Of a stretch of 64,000 nt of DNA, positions 48,633 to 58,872 are shown in pieces (the stretch's first letter is position 1; each line of letters begins with the position of its first letter). Origin of the DNA: Candidatus Coprovivens sp. (GTDB lineage: Bacteria > Bacillota_I > Bacilli_A > RF39 > UBA660); assembly GCA_051886175.1 (NCBI GenBank), contig JBJEXV010000060.1:7452-71451 (forward strand), given 5' to 3'. Under the pieces are notes generated by a model. It saw nothing but the letters and a program-made list of their open reading frames with translations, was not told where the DNA came from and searched no databases. Both the position numbers and the translations under genes were made by a program.

Positions 48633-49313
48633 ATGGGACAAAAAGTTAATCCAATAGGCCTAAGAGTTGGCGTTAATAAAGATTGGGAAGCTAATTGGTT
48701 TGCTAACAAAAAAGATTTTGGTGTTCTTTTAAATAAAGATGACAAAATTCGTAAATTCTTAGCAAAGAAAATGAAAGATGCAGCAGTTGCTTCAGTAGTT
48801 ATCGAAAGAACTGCTAAGAGAACTGATGTTAAGATCTATACTGCTAAACCTGGTATCATTATCGGACATGGCGGAGAAGATATTGAAAAATTAAGAAATG
48901 AATTAAAGAAATTAGTAGATGAAGAAATTTTCGTATCAATCATCGAAGTTAAAAATCCAGATTTAAATGCAAAATTAGTTGCAGAACAAATCGCACAACA
49001 AATCGAAGCTAGAGCACCATTCAGAAGTGCACAAAAAAGAGCTATCAGAAATACTATGAAAGCTGGAGCTAAAGGTATCAAAACTGCAGTTTCAGGAAGA
49101 TTAGGTGGAGCTGAAATGGCACGTACTGAAGGTTATACAGAAGGAACTGTACCTCTACATACAATAAGAGCTGACATCGATTACGCAATCGCTGAAGCTA
49201 ACACTACTTATGGTAAGATTGGTGTTAAAGTATGGATTTACAAAGGTGAAATTCTTCCTACTAAAAAAGTAATGAAGGGAGAGACTGCAGATGTTAATGC
49301 CAAAAAGAACTAA
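48633..49313 (+). CDS. rpsC: 30S ribosomal protein S3
   Basis: [14 protein letters not shown]-terminus; SD AAAAGGAGG (the track start at 48564 was rejected). Confidence 0.95.
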   Translation: MGQKVNPIGLRVGVNKDWEANWFANKKDFGVLLNKDDKIRKFLAKKMKDAAVASVVIERTAKRTDVKIYTAKPGIIIGHGGEDIEKLRNELKKLVDEEIFVSIIEVKNPDLNAKLVAEQIAQQIEARAPFRSAQKRAIRNTMKAGAKGIKTAVSGRLGGAEMARTEGYTEGTVPLHTIRADIDYAIAEANTTYGKIGVKVWIYKGEILPTKKVMKGETADVNAKKN

Positions 49314-49719
49314 GTATCGTAAACAACATCGTCAATCTTATGAAGGAAAAGCAAAAGGTAATGTTGAATTACATTTTGGTGAATACGGATTAGTTGCAAC
49401 AGAAGGTACTTATATTACTGCTCAACAAATTGAAGCAGCTCGTATAGCAATGACTCGTTATATGAAACGTGGTGGACAAGTATGGATTAACATCTTCCCA
49501 CATATGCCTTTAACTAAAAAACCTCTTGGTGTACGTCAAGGTAAAGGTAAAGGTAGCGTTGAACAATGGGTTGCTGTTGTTAAAAAAGGAAAAATTATGT
49601 TTGAAGTTGGTGGAGTTACTGAAGATATCGCAAGAGAAGCTTTAAGACTTGCATCACACAAACTACCAATTACTTGTAAAATAGTAAAAAAAGATTTAAG
49701 CAAAGGTGGTGAAATCTAA
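49291..49719 (+). CDS. rplP: 50S ribosomal protein L16
   Basis: [12 protein letters not shown]-terminus. Confidence 0.95.
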   Translation: MLMPKRTKYRKQHRQSYEGKAKGNVELHFGEYGLVATEGTYITAQQIEAARIAMTRYMKRGGQVWINIFPHMPLTKKPLGVRQGKGKGSVEQWVAVVKKGKIMFEVGGVTEDIAREALRLASHKLPITCKIVKKDLSKGGEI

Positions 49720-49937
49720 TGAAAGTTAGAGCTTTAGTTGAAGACTTAAGAAAACTATCTAATGAAGAATTAGAAGCAAAAATTAAAGAAACTAAAAAAG
49801 AATTATTCGATCTTAGATTAAAACAATCTACTGGTTCATTAGAAAAACCATCTAAGATCAGAGAATTAAGAAAAAATGTTGCTAGAATGAATACAATTCT
49901 AAGCGAAAGAAAAAATGAAAATGGAGGCGAACAATAA
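49719..49937 (+). CDS. rpmC: 50S ribosomal protein L29
   Basis: L29 signature. Confidence 0.9.
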   Translation: MKVRALVEDLRKLSNEELEAKIKETKKELFDLRLKQSTGSLEKPSKIRELRKNVARMNTILSERKNENGGEQ

Positions 49938-50197
49938 TGGCAGAAACTAAAAGAACAACATTAGTTGGTAAAGTTGTAAGTGCAAAAAATGACAAGACTA
50001 TAACAGTTTTAGTTGAAACATATAAAAAGCATCCACTTTATGGAAAAAGAGTTAAATATTCTAAGAAATATACAGCTCATGATGAATTAAACAAAGCTAA
50101 AGAAGGGGACACAGTTAAAATTATTAGTACTAGACCATTATCTAAAACTAAAAGATATGAATTAGTTGAAGTATTAATTGAGGCTGTAGTTTTATAG
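49937..50197 (+). CDS. rpsQ: 30S ribosomal protein S17
   Basis: S17 signature. Confidence 0.9.
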   Translation: MAETKRTTLVGKVVSAKNDKTITVLVETYKKHPLYGKRVKYSKKYTAHDELNKAKEGDTVKIISTRPLSKTKRYELVEVLIEAVVL

Positions 50198-50208
50198 GAG
50201 GTATCATT

Positions 50209-50577
50209 ATGGTAATGCAAGAATCAAGACTTAAAGTTGCTGATAACTCAGGAGCTCGTGAATTACTTGTTATTAGAGTAGTTGGCGGAAGTAGAGTTAA
50301 ATCTGGTAATATCGGTGATATCGTGGTTGGAACAGTTAAAAAAGCTATTCCAAATAGTAGTGTTCCAAAAGGAAAAGTTGTTAAAGCTGTAATCGTTAGA
50401 ACAGTTCAAGGTGTTAGAAGAGCTGATGGTTCATACATCAAATTTGATGACAATGCATGTGTTTTAATTAAAGAAGATAAGAGTCCAATCGGAACTAGAG
50501 TTTTAGGACCTGTTGCTCGTGAACTTCGTGAAAAAGACTTCATGAAAATTGTTTCATTAGCACCTGAAGTATTATAG
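50209..50577 (+). CDS. rplN: 50S ribosomal protein L14
   Basis: [16 protein letters not shown]. Confidence 0.95.
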   Translation: MVMQESRLKVADNSGARELLVIRVVGGSRVKSGNIGDIVVGTVKKAIPNSSVPKGKVVKAVIVRTVQGVRRADGSYIKFDDNACVLIKEDKSPIGTRVLGPVARELREKDFMKIVSLAPEVL

Positions 50578-50589
50578 GAGGTACTATAT

Positions 50590-50859
50590 ATGAAAGTTAA
50601 AGTTGGAGACAATGTAAAAGTTATTGCTGGTAAAGATAAAGGCAAAACTGGTAGAGTTATTAAAACTCTAAAAAAAGACAACAAAGTTGTTGTTGAAGGA
50701 ATCAATATAATTAAAAAACATGTAAAACCTAATAGAATGAATGATGTTGGTTCAATCCAAGAAATGGAAGCGCCAATTCATGTATCTAACGTAAAAGTAG
50801 AAGCAGAAGAAAAGAAAGCTGCTAAAAAAACAACAAAAAAATCAGGAAAAGAAAGCTAG
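50590..50859 (+). CDS. rplX: 50S ribosomal protein L24
   Basis: [23 protein letters not shown] motif. Confidence 0.9.
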   Translation: MKVKVGDNVKVIAGKDKGKTGRVIKTLKKDNKVVVEGINIIKKHVKPNRMNDVGSIQEMEAPIHVSNVKVEAEEKKAAKKTTKKSGKES

Positions 50860-50874
50860 TTAGTGGGTGAAGAT

Positions 50875-51414
50875 ATGAGTACATTTAAGAAATTATATAA
50901 TGAACAAATTACTAACTCTCTAATGGAAAAATTCAACTATTCTTCTAAAATGGAAATTCCTAAATTAGAAAAAATAGTTATCAATATGGGAGTTGGAGAA
51001 GGTGCTGCTGATTCAAAATTCATTGAAGCTGCAGTTAAAGATCTAGAATTAATTGCTGGACAAAAACCTGTTGTAACAAGAGCTCGTAAATCTATAGCTG
51101 GCTTCAAAATAAGAGAAGGCCAAGTAATCGGAGCAAAAGTTACATTACGTGGTGAAAGTATGTATACATTCATGGAAAAATTAATTAAAATTGCACTTCC
51201 TCGTGTTAGAGATTTTAGAGGTGTTTCTAAAACTGCATTCGATGGTAAAGGAAACTATACTCTAGGTGTTAAAGAACAAATTATTTTCCCTGAAATTGAA
51301 TATGATCAAGTACTAAAAGTAAGAGGTATGGATATCGTATTCGTTACTACTGCAAAATCAAATGAAGAAGCATACGAACTATTAAGTGGTTTCGGAATGC
51401 CTTTTAGAAAGTAA
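50875..51414 (+). CDS. rplE: 50S ribosomal protein L5
   Basis: L5 signature ([23 protein letters not shown]). Confidence 0.9.
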   Translation: MSTFKKLYNEQITNSLMEKFNYSSKMEIPKLEKIVINMGVGEGAADSKFIEAAVKDLELIAGQKPVVTRARKSIAGFKIREGQVIGAKVTLRGESMYTFMEKLIKIALPRVRDFRGVSKTAFDGKGNYTLGVKEQIIFPEIEYDQVLKVRGMDIVFVTTAKSNEEAYELLSGFGMPFRK

Positions 51415-51435
51415 GACTAGAGGAGGAAAATATTT

Positions 51436-51621
51436 ATGGCAAAGACAAGTTTAAAAGTTAAACAAGCAAGACCTGCAAAATTTAAATCAAGAGCTTATAC
51501 TCGTTGCGAAAGATGTGGACGTCCTCATGGAGTTCTTCGCAAGTATAAATTATGCCGTATCTGCTTTAGAGAAATGGCAAATAATGGACAAATACCTGGC
51601 GTTAAGAAGTCTAGTTGGTAG
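51436..51621 (+). CDS. rpsN: 30S ribosomal protein S14 type Z (zinc-binding, 61 aa)
   Basis: [21 protein letters not shown]4 zinc ribbon. Confidence 0.9.
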   Translation: MAKTSLKVKQARPAKFKSRAYTRCERCGRPHGVLRKYKLCRICFREMANNGQIPGVKKSSW

Positions 51622-51639
51622 AAAGGAGGAATTTAGATT

Positions 51640-52035
51640 ATGGTTGGAGATAGAATAGCAGATATGCTTACAAGAATTCGTAATGCAAATCAAATGAGAT
51701 ATGAAACAGTTGAAGTTTTAGGTTCTAAAGCTACATTAGGTATTGCTGAAATCTTAAAAAGAGAAGGTTATATCGCTGATTTCGTATATGAAAAAAATGT
51801 TAAAGGTGATAAATTAAACATCACATTAAAATATGGAGCTAAAAAAGAAAGAGTAATCACTGGATTAAAGAGAATCTCTAAGTCAGGATTACGTGTATAT
51901 GCCAAAACTGATGAAATTCCTCGTGTTCTTAACGGATTAGGAATTGCAATCATTTCAACTTCAAAAGGATTAATGACTGATAAAGAAGCTCGTGAAGCTG
52001 GTCTAGGAGGAGAAGTACTTGCTTACATTTGGTAA
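51640..52035 (+). CDS. rpsH: 30S ribosomal protein S8
   Basis: S8 signature. Confidence 0.95.
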   Translation: MVGDRIADMLTRIRNANQMRYETVEVLGSKATLGIAEILKREGYIADFVYEKNVKGDKLNITLKYGAKKERVITGLKRISKSGLRVYAKTDEIPRVLNGLGIAIISTSKGLMTDKEAREAGLGGEVLAYIW

Positions 52036-52053
52036 TAGCAAGGAAAATATATT

Positions 52054-52593
52054 ATGAGTAGAATAGGAAAAAGAGAACTATTAATTCCTGCAGGTGTTAC
52101 AGTTACTGTTGAATCTGATTTAGTTACAGTAAAAGGACCTAAAGGTGAACTTAAATATACTAAACCTAGTATTATTACAGTTGAAGAAGTTGAAGGAAAA
52201 ATATTAACAAAGAGACCTAATGATGCTAAAGTATCAAGACAATTACATGGTACAGTTAACGCTTTAGTTAAAAACATGATTGTTGGTGTTACTGAAGGTT
52301 ATACATCAAGTCTTGAGGCAGTTGGTGTTGGTTATAGATTCCAAGTTCAAGGATCTAAAATTAACGTAAGTGCTGGATATTCAAACCCAGTTATCGTTGA
52401 AGTACCAGCTGGTATTAAAGTTGAACAAGTAAACAATACTGAAATCAATATTTCAGGAATAGATAAACAACAAGTTACTGAATTTGCGGCTAACATTCGT
52501 GCAATCAGAGAACCAGAACCATACAAAGGTAAAGGTATCAGATATAAAGGCGAATACGTAAGACGTAAAGAAGGTAAGAAGGCAGCTAAATAG
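52054..52593 (+). CDS. rplF: 50S ribosomal protein L6
   Basis: L6 signature. Confidence 0.95.
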   Translation: MSRIGKRELLIPAGVTVTVESDLVTVKGPKGELKYTKPSIITVEEVEGKILTKRPNDAKVSRQLHGTVNALVKNMIVGVTEGYTSSLEAVGVGYRFQVQGSKINVSAGYSNPVIVEVPAGIKVEQVNNTEINISGIDKQQVTEFAANIRAIREPEPYKGKGIRYKGEYVRRKEGKKAAK

Positions 52594-52613
52594 GGTAAAG
52601 GAGTCGAGATATT

Positions 52614-52970
52614 ATGATAGTTAAAGAATCAAAAAACGAAGTACGTAAAAGAAGACATACTCGTGTTCGTAACAAAGTTAGCGGAACTGCAGAATGTCCA
52701 AGATTAAACGTATTTAGATCAAATACACAAATTTTTGCTCAAATTATCGATGATGTTAAGGGCATTACTCTTGCTAGCTCTTCATCAGTTGAGTTAAAAA
52801 TTAAAAATGGTGGTAACGCTGAAGGTGCAGCTCTAGTTGGAAAAGACATTGCTGAAAAAGCACTAAAATTAAAAATTAAAAATGTTGTTTTCGATAGAGG
52901 TGGATATTTATACCACGGACGTGTGAAAGCTTTAGCTGAAGCAGCACGTGAAAACGGACTAGAATTCTAA
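52614..52970 (+). CDS. rplR: 50S ribosomal protein L18
   Basis: L18 signature. Confidence 0.9.
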   Translation: MIVKESKNEVRKRRHTRVRNKVSGTAECPRLNVFRSNTQIFAQIIDDVKGITLASSSSVELKIKNGGNAEGAALVGKDIAEKALKLKIKNVVFDRGGYLYHGRVKALAEAARENGLEF

Positions 52971-52985
52971 GAGGGAGGTACAATT

Positions 52986-53489
52986 ATGCCAAAAACAAAA
53001 ATGGACTCTAAGAAAAACTTGCTTGAAGAAAAAGTAGTTTCAATCGGCCGTGTAACTAAAGTTACAAAAGGTGGACGTCATTTTAGATTTTCAGCAACTG
53101 TAGTAGTTGGAAATAGAAAAGGATTGGTTGGAATTGGTACTGGAAAAGCTAATGAAGTTCCAGAAGCAATCAAAAAAGCTATTCAAGCAGCTAATAAAAA
53201 CGTAACAAAAGTATCATTAATTGATAATAGAACAATTCCTCACGATGCAATTGGAAAAGTTGGTCGTGCACAAGTACTTATCAAACCTGCAAAAGAAGGT
53301 ACAGGAGTTATCGCTGGTGGTAGTGCCAGAGACGTACTAGAACTTGCTGGTGTACGTGATATCGTATCTAAATCACTTGGATCAAATACTAAAATTAACG
53401 TAGCTAAAGCTACATTAGAAGCTCTTAAAATGCAAAAAACTCCAGAAAAAGTTGCTGCATTAAGAGGAAAGAAAGTAGAGGAGCTATAA
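52986..53489 (+). CDS. rpsE: 30S ribosomal protein S5
   Basis: S5 signature. Confidence 0.95.
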   Translation: MPKTKMDSKKNLLEEKVVSIGRVTKVTKGGRHFRFSATVVVGNRKGLVGIGTGKANEVPEAIKKAIQAANKNVTKVSLIDNRTIPHDAIGKVGRAQVLIKPAKEGTGVIAGGSARDVLELAGVRDIVSKSLGSNTKINVAKATLEALKMQKTPEKVAALRGKKVEEL

Positions 53490-53490
53490 T

Positions 53491-53934
53491 ATGAAATTAA
53501 ACGAATTAAGTAAAGCTCCAGAAGCTAAAGTAAGAAAAAGAGTTGGACGTGGACCAGGTAGTGGAATGGGTAAAACTTCTACTAGAGGACAAAAAGGTCA
53601 AAAATCACGTTCAGGTGCAAGCATTCCAGCTTGGTTCCAAGGTGGACAAACTCCATTATATAGAAGATTACCAAAACGTGGCTTCAATAATGCTGAGTTC
53701 AGAACTGCTTATGCAACAATTAATTTAAGTGATTTAAACAAGTTCTTTAATGATGGAGATGTTGTTACTCCAGAATTATTAAAAGAAAGAGGAATTATTA
53801 AAAAACAACTTTGTGGCGTTAAAGTCTTAGGAAACGGCGAATTAGAAAAGAAATTAACTGTTAAAGCTAATAGATTCTCAAGTTCAGCTGTTACAAAAAT
53901 TGAAAGTGCTGGCGGAAAAGCTGAGGTGATCTAG
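53491..53934 (+). CDS. rplO: 50S ribosomal protein L15 (no rpmD/L30 gene between rpsE and rplO)
   Basis: L15 signature. Confidence 0.9.
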   Translation: MKLNELSKAPEAKVRKRVGRGPGSGMGKTSTRGQKGQKSRSGASIPAWFQGGQTPLYRRLPKRGFNNAEFRTAYATINLSDLNKFFNDGDVVTPELLKERGIIKKQLCGVKVLGNGELEKKLTVKANRFSSSAVTKIESAGGKAEVI

Positions 53935-55197
53935 ATGTTTTCTAATCTAAAACAGCTATTTAACCGTTCAAATAAGGATTTAAGAAAGAGAATATACTTT
54001 ACATTATTTTGTCTAGGTATCTTCTCATTCGGAAGCACTATTACATTAGATTTGCCAGCTGTGGCAAACGCATTTGAGGAATTAGAATTCCTACAAATCT
54101 TTAACTTAATGGCAGGTGGAGGTTTACAACACTTCTCCATCTTCGCATTAGGTGTATCACCTTATATCACTGCTCAAATCATAACTCAATTATTACAAAT
54201 GGATGTAATTCCATACTTTAAAGAGTTAAAAGAGCAAGGATATACAGGTAAACAAAAAATTAATAAAATCACAAGATACATTGGTGTGTTATTCTCATTC
54301 ATTCAAGGATATGTATTCACAGTAATGTATGCAGGAACTACTGCACCATTAGAAATTCTAAAGGCTACTGTAGTTATTACTGCAGGAACAAGTTTACTAT
54401 TATGGATTGGAGATCAAATTACTAAACGTGGAATTGGTAATGGATTATCATTATTAATCATGGCTGGTATTATTCAATCAATGCCATCAATCTTTGTTGG
54501 AGCATTTAATTCATTAACTACATTAAGTGACAATAAAGTATTAGGCGGAGCAATATTTGCTTCATTTGTAATAGTATATTTATTAATTATTATTGGAATG
54601 GTATGGATTCAACTTGCAGAAAGAAGAATACCAATTCAATATGCTAATAGAACTAATAGTGCTTATGGTAAGCATCAAAATTTCTTACCAATTAAAATAA
54701 ATTCTGCTGGTGTTATGCCAGTAATCTTCGCAACTACATTATTAGCAATTCCAGCTACAATTATTAATTTAGTTGGAAATCAAACAGCAATAGATTTTTC
54801 TAACAAATATTTATCAAATACTACTCCAGTAGGATTTATAATATATGTAGTATTAATCTTATTCTTTGGATATTTTTATACTTTCTTACAAATGAACCCT
54901 GAAGAAATGTCAAAGAATTTAAGTAAGAGCGGAGCGTATATCCCAGGAGTAAGACCTGGAAATGATACAATTGACTATGTAAGTAATATATTAAGTAAAC
55001 TTACAATCGTTGGTTCTATCTTCTTAGTAATTATCGCTGGTTTACCAATCGTTTTCTCAAGCGTATCTGGTTTGGACCCATCAATTACTATCGGTGGAAC
55101 AGGGTTACTAATCGTTGTTGGTGTTGCTATTGAAACATACAAACAACTTGAAAGTAGCTTAATTAGTAGAAGTCATAGAGCGGGGATAAAAAGGTAA
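53935..55197 (+). CDS. secY: Preprotein translocase subunit SecY
   Basis: Ten-TM SecY signature. Confidence 0.95.
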   Translation: MFSNLKQLFNRSNKDLRKRIYFTLFCLGIFSFGSTITLDLPAVANAFEELEFLQIFNLMAGGGLQHFSIFALGVSPYITAQIITQLLQMDVIPYFKELKEQGYTGKQKINKITRYIGVLFSFIQGYVFTVMYAGTTAPLEILKATVVITAGTSLLLWIGDQITKRGIGNGLSLLIMAGIIQSMPSIFVGAFNSLTTLSDNKVLGGAIFASFVIVYLLIIIGMVWIQLAERRIPIQYANRTNSAYGKHQNFLPIKINSAGVMPVIFATTLLAIPATIINLVGNQTAIDFSNKYLSNTTPVGFIIYVVLILFFGYFYTFLQMNPEEMSKNLSKSGAYIPGVRPGNDTIDYVSNILSKLTIVGSIFLVIIAGLPIVFSSVSGLDPSITIGGTGLLIVVGVAIETYKQLESSLISRSHRAGIKR

Positions 55198-55198
55198 T

Positions 55199-55858
55199 AT
55201 GAATATAATATTTATTGCTCCTCCTGCAGCAGGTAAAGGAACACTTAGTGATAAGTTAGTTTCCAAATATAATTATAGACACTTGTCTACAGGAGATTTA
55301 TTAAGAGCTGAGATTAAAAAAGAAAATGATCTAGGTAAAAAAATAGAAGAAATTATATCAAGAGGCGAATTAGTAAGTGATGACATCATCACTGAGTTAT
55401 TAAAAAATGAGTTAAAAGCTACAGATAGCAAATTCATTTTAGATGGCTATCCAAGAAATATTGCTCAAGCAGAAACTTTAAAAGGAATATTTAATGAGTT
55501 AAACATTGAAAATTATGTTACAATTTATTTAGATCTTGAAGAAGAACTTGCTATGAAAAGAGCACTTGGTAGAGTAATTTGCGGCGGATGCGGCGCAAGC
55601 TACAATACATATTTTGAAAATTTTATGCCTAAGAACGAAGGAATTTGTGATAAATGCGGAAGCGAATTAAAACACAGATCTGACGATACTGAAGAAACGT
55701 TCAAGAAAAGATTTAGTACTTACGTTGAAGTTACTTCACCAGTATTGGATTACTATAAAGATTTAAATAAACTTCATGTAATTGATGCTAATGTAGAATC
55801 AGATGAAGTATTCAAAATCGTAGAACAAATTCTTGAAGATGGGAATGTTGATAACTAA
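55199..55858 (+). CDS. adk: Adenylate kinase (zinc-lid type)
   Basis: P-loop GAGKGT, lid CGGCG...CDKCG. Confidence 0.95.
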   Translation: MNIIFIAPPAAGKGTLSDKLVSKYNYRHLSTGDLLRAEIKKENDLGKKIEEIISRGELVSDDIITELLKNELKATDSKFILDGYPRNIAQAETLKGIFNELNIENYVTIYLDLEEELAMKRALGRVICGGCGASYNTYFENFMPKNEGICDKCGSELKHRSDDTEETFKKRFSTYVEVTSPVLDYYKDLNKLHVIDANVESDEVFKIVEQILEDGNVDN

Positions 55859-55922
55859 TCAGTTATCAACATCCATACCCATCATATAAAAGGTAAATAT
55901 AAAATTATATAGGAGATAAAAA

Positions 55923-56141
55923 ATGGCTAAAGAGGAAAAAATAGAAGTTGAAGGTAAGGTTGTTGAGATCCTTAAAGGTGGAACTCCAATCGTTGAATTA
56001 CCAAACGGACACACTGTAGAGGCCTACGCTTCTGGTAAAATGCGACTTAATATGATTCGTATCTTACCAGGTGATACAGTTACAATTGAACTATCGCCTT
56101 ATGATTTAACGCGTGGGCGCATAATATGGAATAAAAGATAA
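55923..56141 (+). CDS. infA: Translation initiation factor IF-1
   Basis: IF-1 S1-like signature; no map gene between adk and infA. Confidence 0.95.
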   Translation: MAKEEKIEVEGKVVEILKGGTPIVELPNGHTVEAYASGKMRLNMIRILPGDTVTIELSPYDLTRGRIIWNKR

Positions 56142-56150
56142 TGGAGGTAA

Positions 56151-56267
<117 letters not shown>

Positions 56268-56282
56268 TTAGGAGGTTATTAT

Positions 56283-56657
56283 ATGGCACGTATTAAAAAT
56301 ATCGAATTACCAGGAGAAAAACATACTTGTATTGGATTAACAGCAATTTATGGAATTGGTAGAAGCTTAGCTGTAACAATTTGTGAAAATGCTGGTGTTC
56401 CAACAGATAAGAAAATTAAAGATTTAACTGACGAAGAAGTAACAGCATTACGTTCTGAAGTTGAAAAACAAACTGTTGAAGGTGACCTTCGTCGTGAAGT
56501 TCAAATGAACATTAAAAACAAAATGGAAATCAATAGTTACCAAGGAACAAGACATAAAAAAGGTCTTCCAGTTCATGGTCAAAGAACTTCAAGAAATGCT
56601 CGTACAAGAAAAGGTAAAGGTAAAGTAGTTGCTAATAAAAAGAAAGCTACTAAATAA
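56283..56657 (+). CDS. rpsM: 30S ribosomal protein S13
   Basis: S13 signature. Confidence 0.95.
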   Translation: MARIKNIELPGEKHTCIGLTAIYGIGRSLAVTICENAGVPTDKKIKDLTDEEVTALRSEVEKQTVEGDLRREVQMNIKNKMEINSYQGTRHKKGLPVHGQRTSRNARTRKGKGKVVANKKKATK

Positions 56658-56675
56658 TAAATAGGAGGTTAGATT

Positions 56676-57059
56676 ATGGCTTATAATAGAAGAAAAAGAA
56701 AAGTTAAAAAGAATATTCCAGAAGCACAAGCTCATATTCATTCAACATATAACAATACTGTAGTTACTATTACTGATAAAGACGGTAATGTTATCAGTTG
56801 GGCTTCTGCTGGTACAATCGGATACAAAGGAAGTAAAAAGAAAACTCCATTTGCTGCAGGTATGAGTTCAGAAGCTGCTGCTAAAGCCGCTATGGATAAC
56901 GGGGTTAAAAAAGTAGAAGTATTTGTTAAAGGTTTAGGTGCAGGACGTGAAAATGCAATTCGTTCATTACAAACTGCAGGACTTGAAATTACAACAATTA
57001 ATGACGTTACTCCAGTTCCACACAATGGATGCCGTCCACCAAAACGTCCAAGAAATTAA
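56676..57059 (+). CDS. rpsK: 30S ribosomal protein S11
   Basis: S11 signature. Confidence 0.95.
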   Translation: MAYNRRKRKVKKNIPEAQAHIHSTYNNTVVTITDKDGNVISWASAGTIGYKGSKKKTPFAAGMSSEAAAKAAMDNGVKKVEVFVKGLGAGRENAIRSLQTAGLEITTINDVTPVPHNGCRPPKRPRN

Positions 57060-57081
57060 TTGAAAGAGGGGACTTAAGGAT

Positions 57082-58026
57082 ATGTTAAGATTTGAAAAAC
57101 CAGAATACAAGATTACTGAATATATTGAGAGTAATCACTATGGAAAATTTGAACTAGAACCACTTGAAAGAGGTTTCGGTACAACTATTGGAAATGCATT
57201 AAGAAGAGTTATGCTATCATCATTACCAGGAAGCGCAATTACATCTGTTAAAATCGAAGGTGTTATGCATGAATTCCAAAAAATTGATGGCGTAGTAGAA
57301 GATGTTACAGCTATTATATTAGCTTTAAAAAGCATCGTAATTAAAAATCATGCACAAGGAGATAAAGTTATCAGATTATCAGTTGCTAAAGAAGGACCAG
57401 TTACTGCTGGAGACATCGAAAGAGATGCTGATATCGAAATTATTAATCCAGATCTAGTAATCGCTAACCTTGTAAAAGGTGGAAAATTAGAAATGGAAAT
57501 GACAGTAAGTAATGGTAGAGGATACGTAGATGCTAAAACTAACCAAAAACAATTTGGTGAAAATAAAGCAGGTGTTATCGCTATTGACTCACTATACTCT
57601 CCAATTGAAAGAGTTAGTTATGACGTAGAAAGTGCACGTGTTGGACAAAATGAAAACTTCGATAAGTTAATCATCAACGTGTATACTAATGGATCAATTA
57701 CTCCAGAAGAAGCAATGGCTTTATCTGCAAGAATATTAATTGAACATTTCAACATAGTAACAGACCTAAACGCAATTAGTGATGTTTCAGGTTTAATGGC
57801 TGAAAAGAAAGTTGATACTATTACTAAAACATTAGAAACACCAATTGAAGAAATCGAATTCTCAGTTCGTGCTTACAATTGCTTAAAGAGAGCTGGTATC
57901 AACACAGTTCAAGACTTAATTTCTAAAAAAGAAGTAGAAGTTACTAAGATCCGTAACTTAGGAAAGAAATCATTAAAAGAAGTTATTGACAAAGTTAAGG
58001 AAATGGGACTTAAGTTCCGCGATTAA
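57082..58026 (+). CDS. rpoA: DNA-directed RNA polymerase subunit alpha
   Basis: RpoA N-terminal and C-terminal domain signatures. Confidence 0.95.
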   Translation: MLRFEKPEYKITEYIESNHYGKFELEPLERGFGTTIGNALRRVMLSSLPGSAITSVKIEGVMHEFQKIDGVVEDVTAIILALKSIVIKNHAQGDKVIRLSVAKEGPVTAGDIERDADIEIINPDLVIANLVKGGKLEMEMTVSNGRGYVDAKTNQKQFGENKAGVIAIDSLYSPIERVSYDVESARVGQNENFDKLIINVYTNGSITPEEAMALSARILIEHFNIVTDLNAISDVSGLMAEKKVDTITKTLETPIEEIEFSVRAYNCLKRAGINTVQDLISKKEVEVTKIRNLGKKSLKEVIDKVKEMGLKFRD

Positions 58027-58051
58027 GAAATAAAACAAGGAGGTATATACT

Positions 58052-58396
58052 ATGGCTAAATATAGAAGATTAAATAGAGAAAAAAGTATTCGTAGAAGTA
58101 TTTTAGCTGGTTTAACTAAAGATGTTATTTTAAATGAATCTGTTGTTACAACTGAAGCAAGAGCTAAAGAAGTAAGAAAATTTGTTGACAAAATGGTTAC
58201 ATATGCTAAAAGAGGTACTTTAGTTTGTAGAAGAAAAGCATTAGCTTTCTTAAACAACGATACAGTTGTAGTTGATAAATTATTCAATGAATTAGCTACT
58301 AAATATGAATCTAGAAATGGTGGATACACTAGAATCATTAAAATTAAAGAAAGAGTTGGCGACGACGCTTTAACTGTAAAATTAGAACTAGTTTAA
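58052..58396 (+). CDS. rplQ: 50S ribosomal protein L17
   Basis: L17 signature. Confidence 0.95.
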   Translation: MAKYRRLNREKSIRRSILAGLTKDVILNESVVTTEARAKEVRKFVDKMVTYAKRGTLVCRRKALAFLNNDTVVVDKLFNELATKYESRNGGYTRIIKIKERVGDDALTVKLELV

Positions 58397-58412
58397 TAGT
58401 TCTTTTTTTATT
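58385..58412. terminator. Bidirectional terminator with the rplQ stop codon in its loop (GAACTA-gtttaa-TAGTTC plus T7)
   Basis: Perfect 6-bp stem and T-run; a convergent minus-strand gene ends at 58408. Confidence 0.55.
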
Positions 58413-58746
58413 GCATTTTTCTAAGTTCTTCAATAATTATCTCCAAACTTTTCTTTAAATTATCGATTTCTTTTTGTGTATTAGGCTCAAAAAATGGCAT
58501 ACCGTCAAATGTAGGATCACCACCACATTTAGCTTTCTGACTATTAATATTGATACCACCCTGAATCCTATTTTCAATAACTCCTTGCCAAGCTGAATTA
58601 TTTTCTAATACCTGACCAATAGTGATAAACCAGTTACCAATTGCATTCTGTTCTGCAGCGGAAAAATTACCGATTAGAGAGAAACCGATAATCAGTGCAC
58701 TTAAGTTATAAATTTTAGGGTCAAGATTCGGTGGAAAATATTTCAT
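58408..58746 (-). CDS. hypothetical protein (112 aa)
   Basis: ORF with coding composition; no recognisable family. Confidence 0.4.
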   Translation of the reverse strand: MKYFPPNLDPKIYNLSALIIGFSLIGNFSAAEQNAIGNWFITIGQVLENNSAWQGVIENRIQGGININSQKAKCGGDPTFDGMPFFEPNTQKEIDNLKKSLEIIIEELRKMQ

Positions 58747-58872
58747 AAAAAAATCCTATCATTTGTAAAGTATATGAAGAATGATTAGAATATATCAAGC
58801 CTTCTTACTATTGAAAAATGTAAAGTGGTATGATATCATTAATACATAGTAATAATAAAGGGTGTGTGTATA

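Noticed and set aside
53543-53728. Alternate-frame ORFs inside ribosomal and other core genes (also 25751-25939, 34768-34986, 48551-48745 and many minus-strand ORFs within the S10-spc cluster)
   Set aside because: They overlap highly conserved CDSs in other frames, have no RBS and no family similarity.
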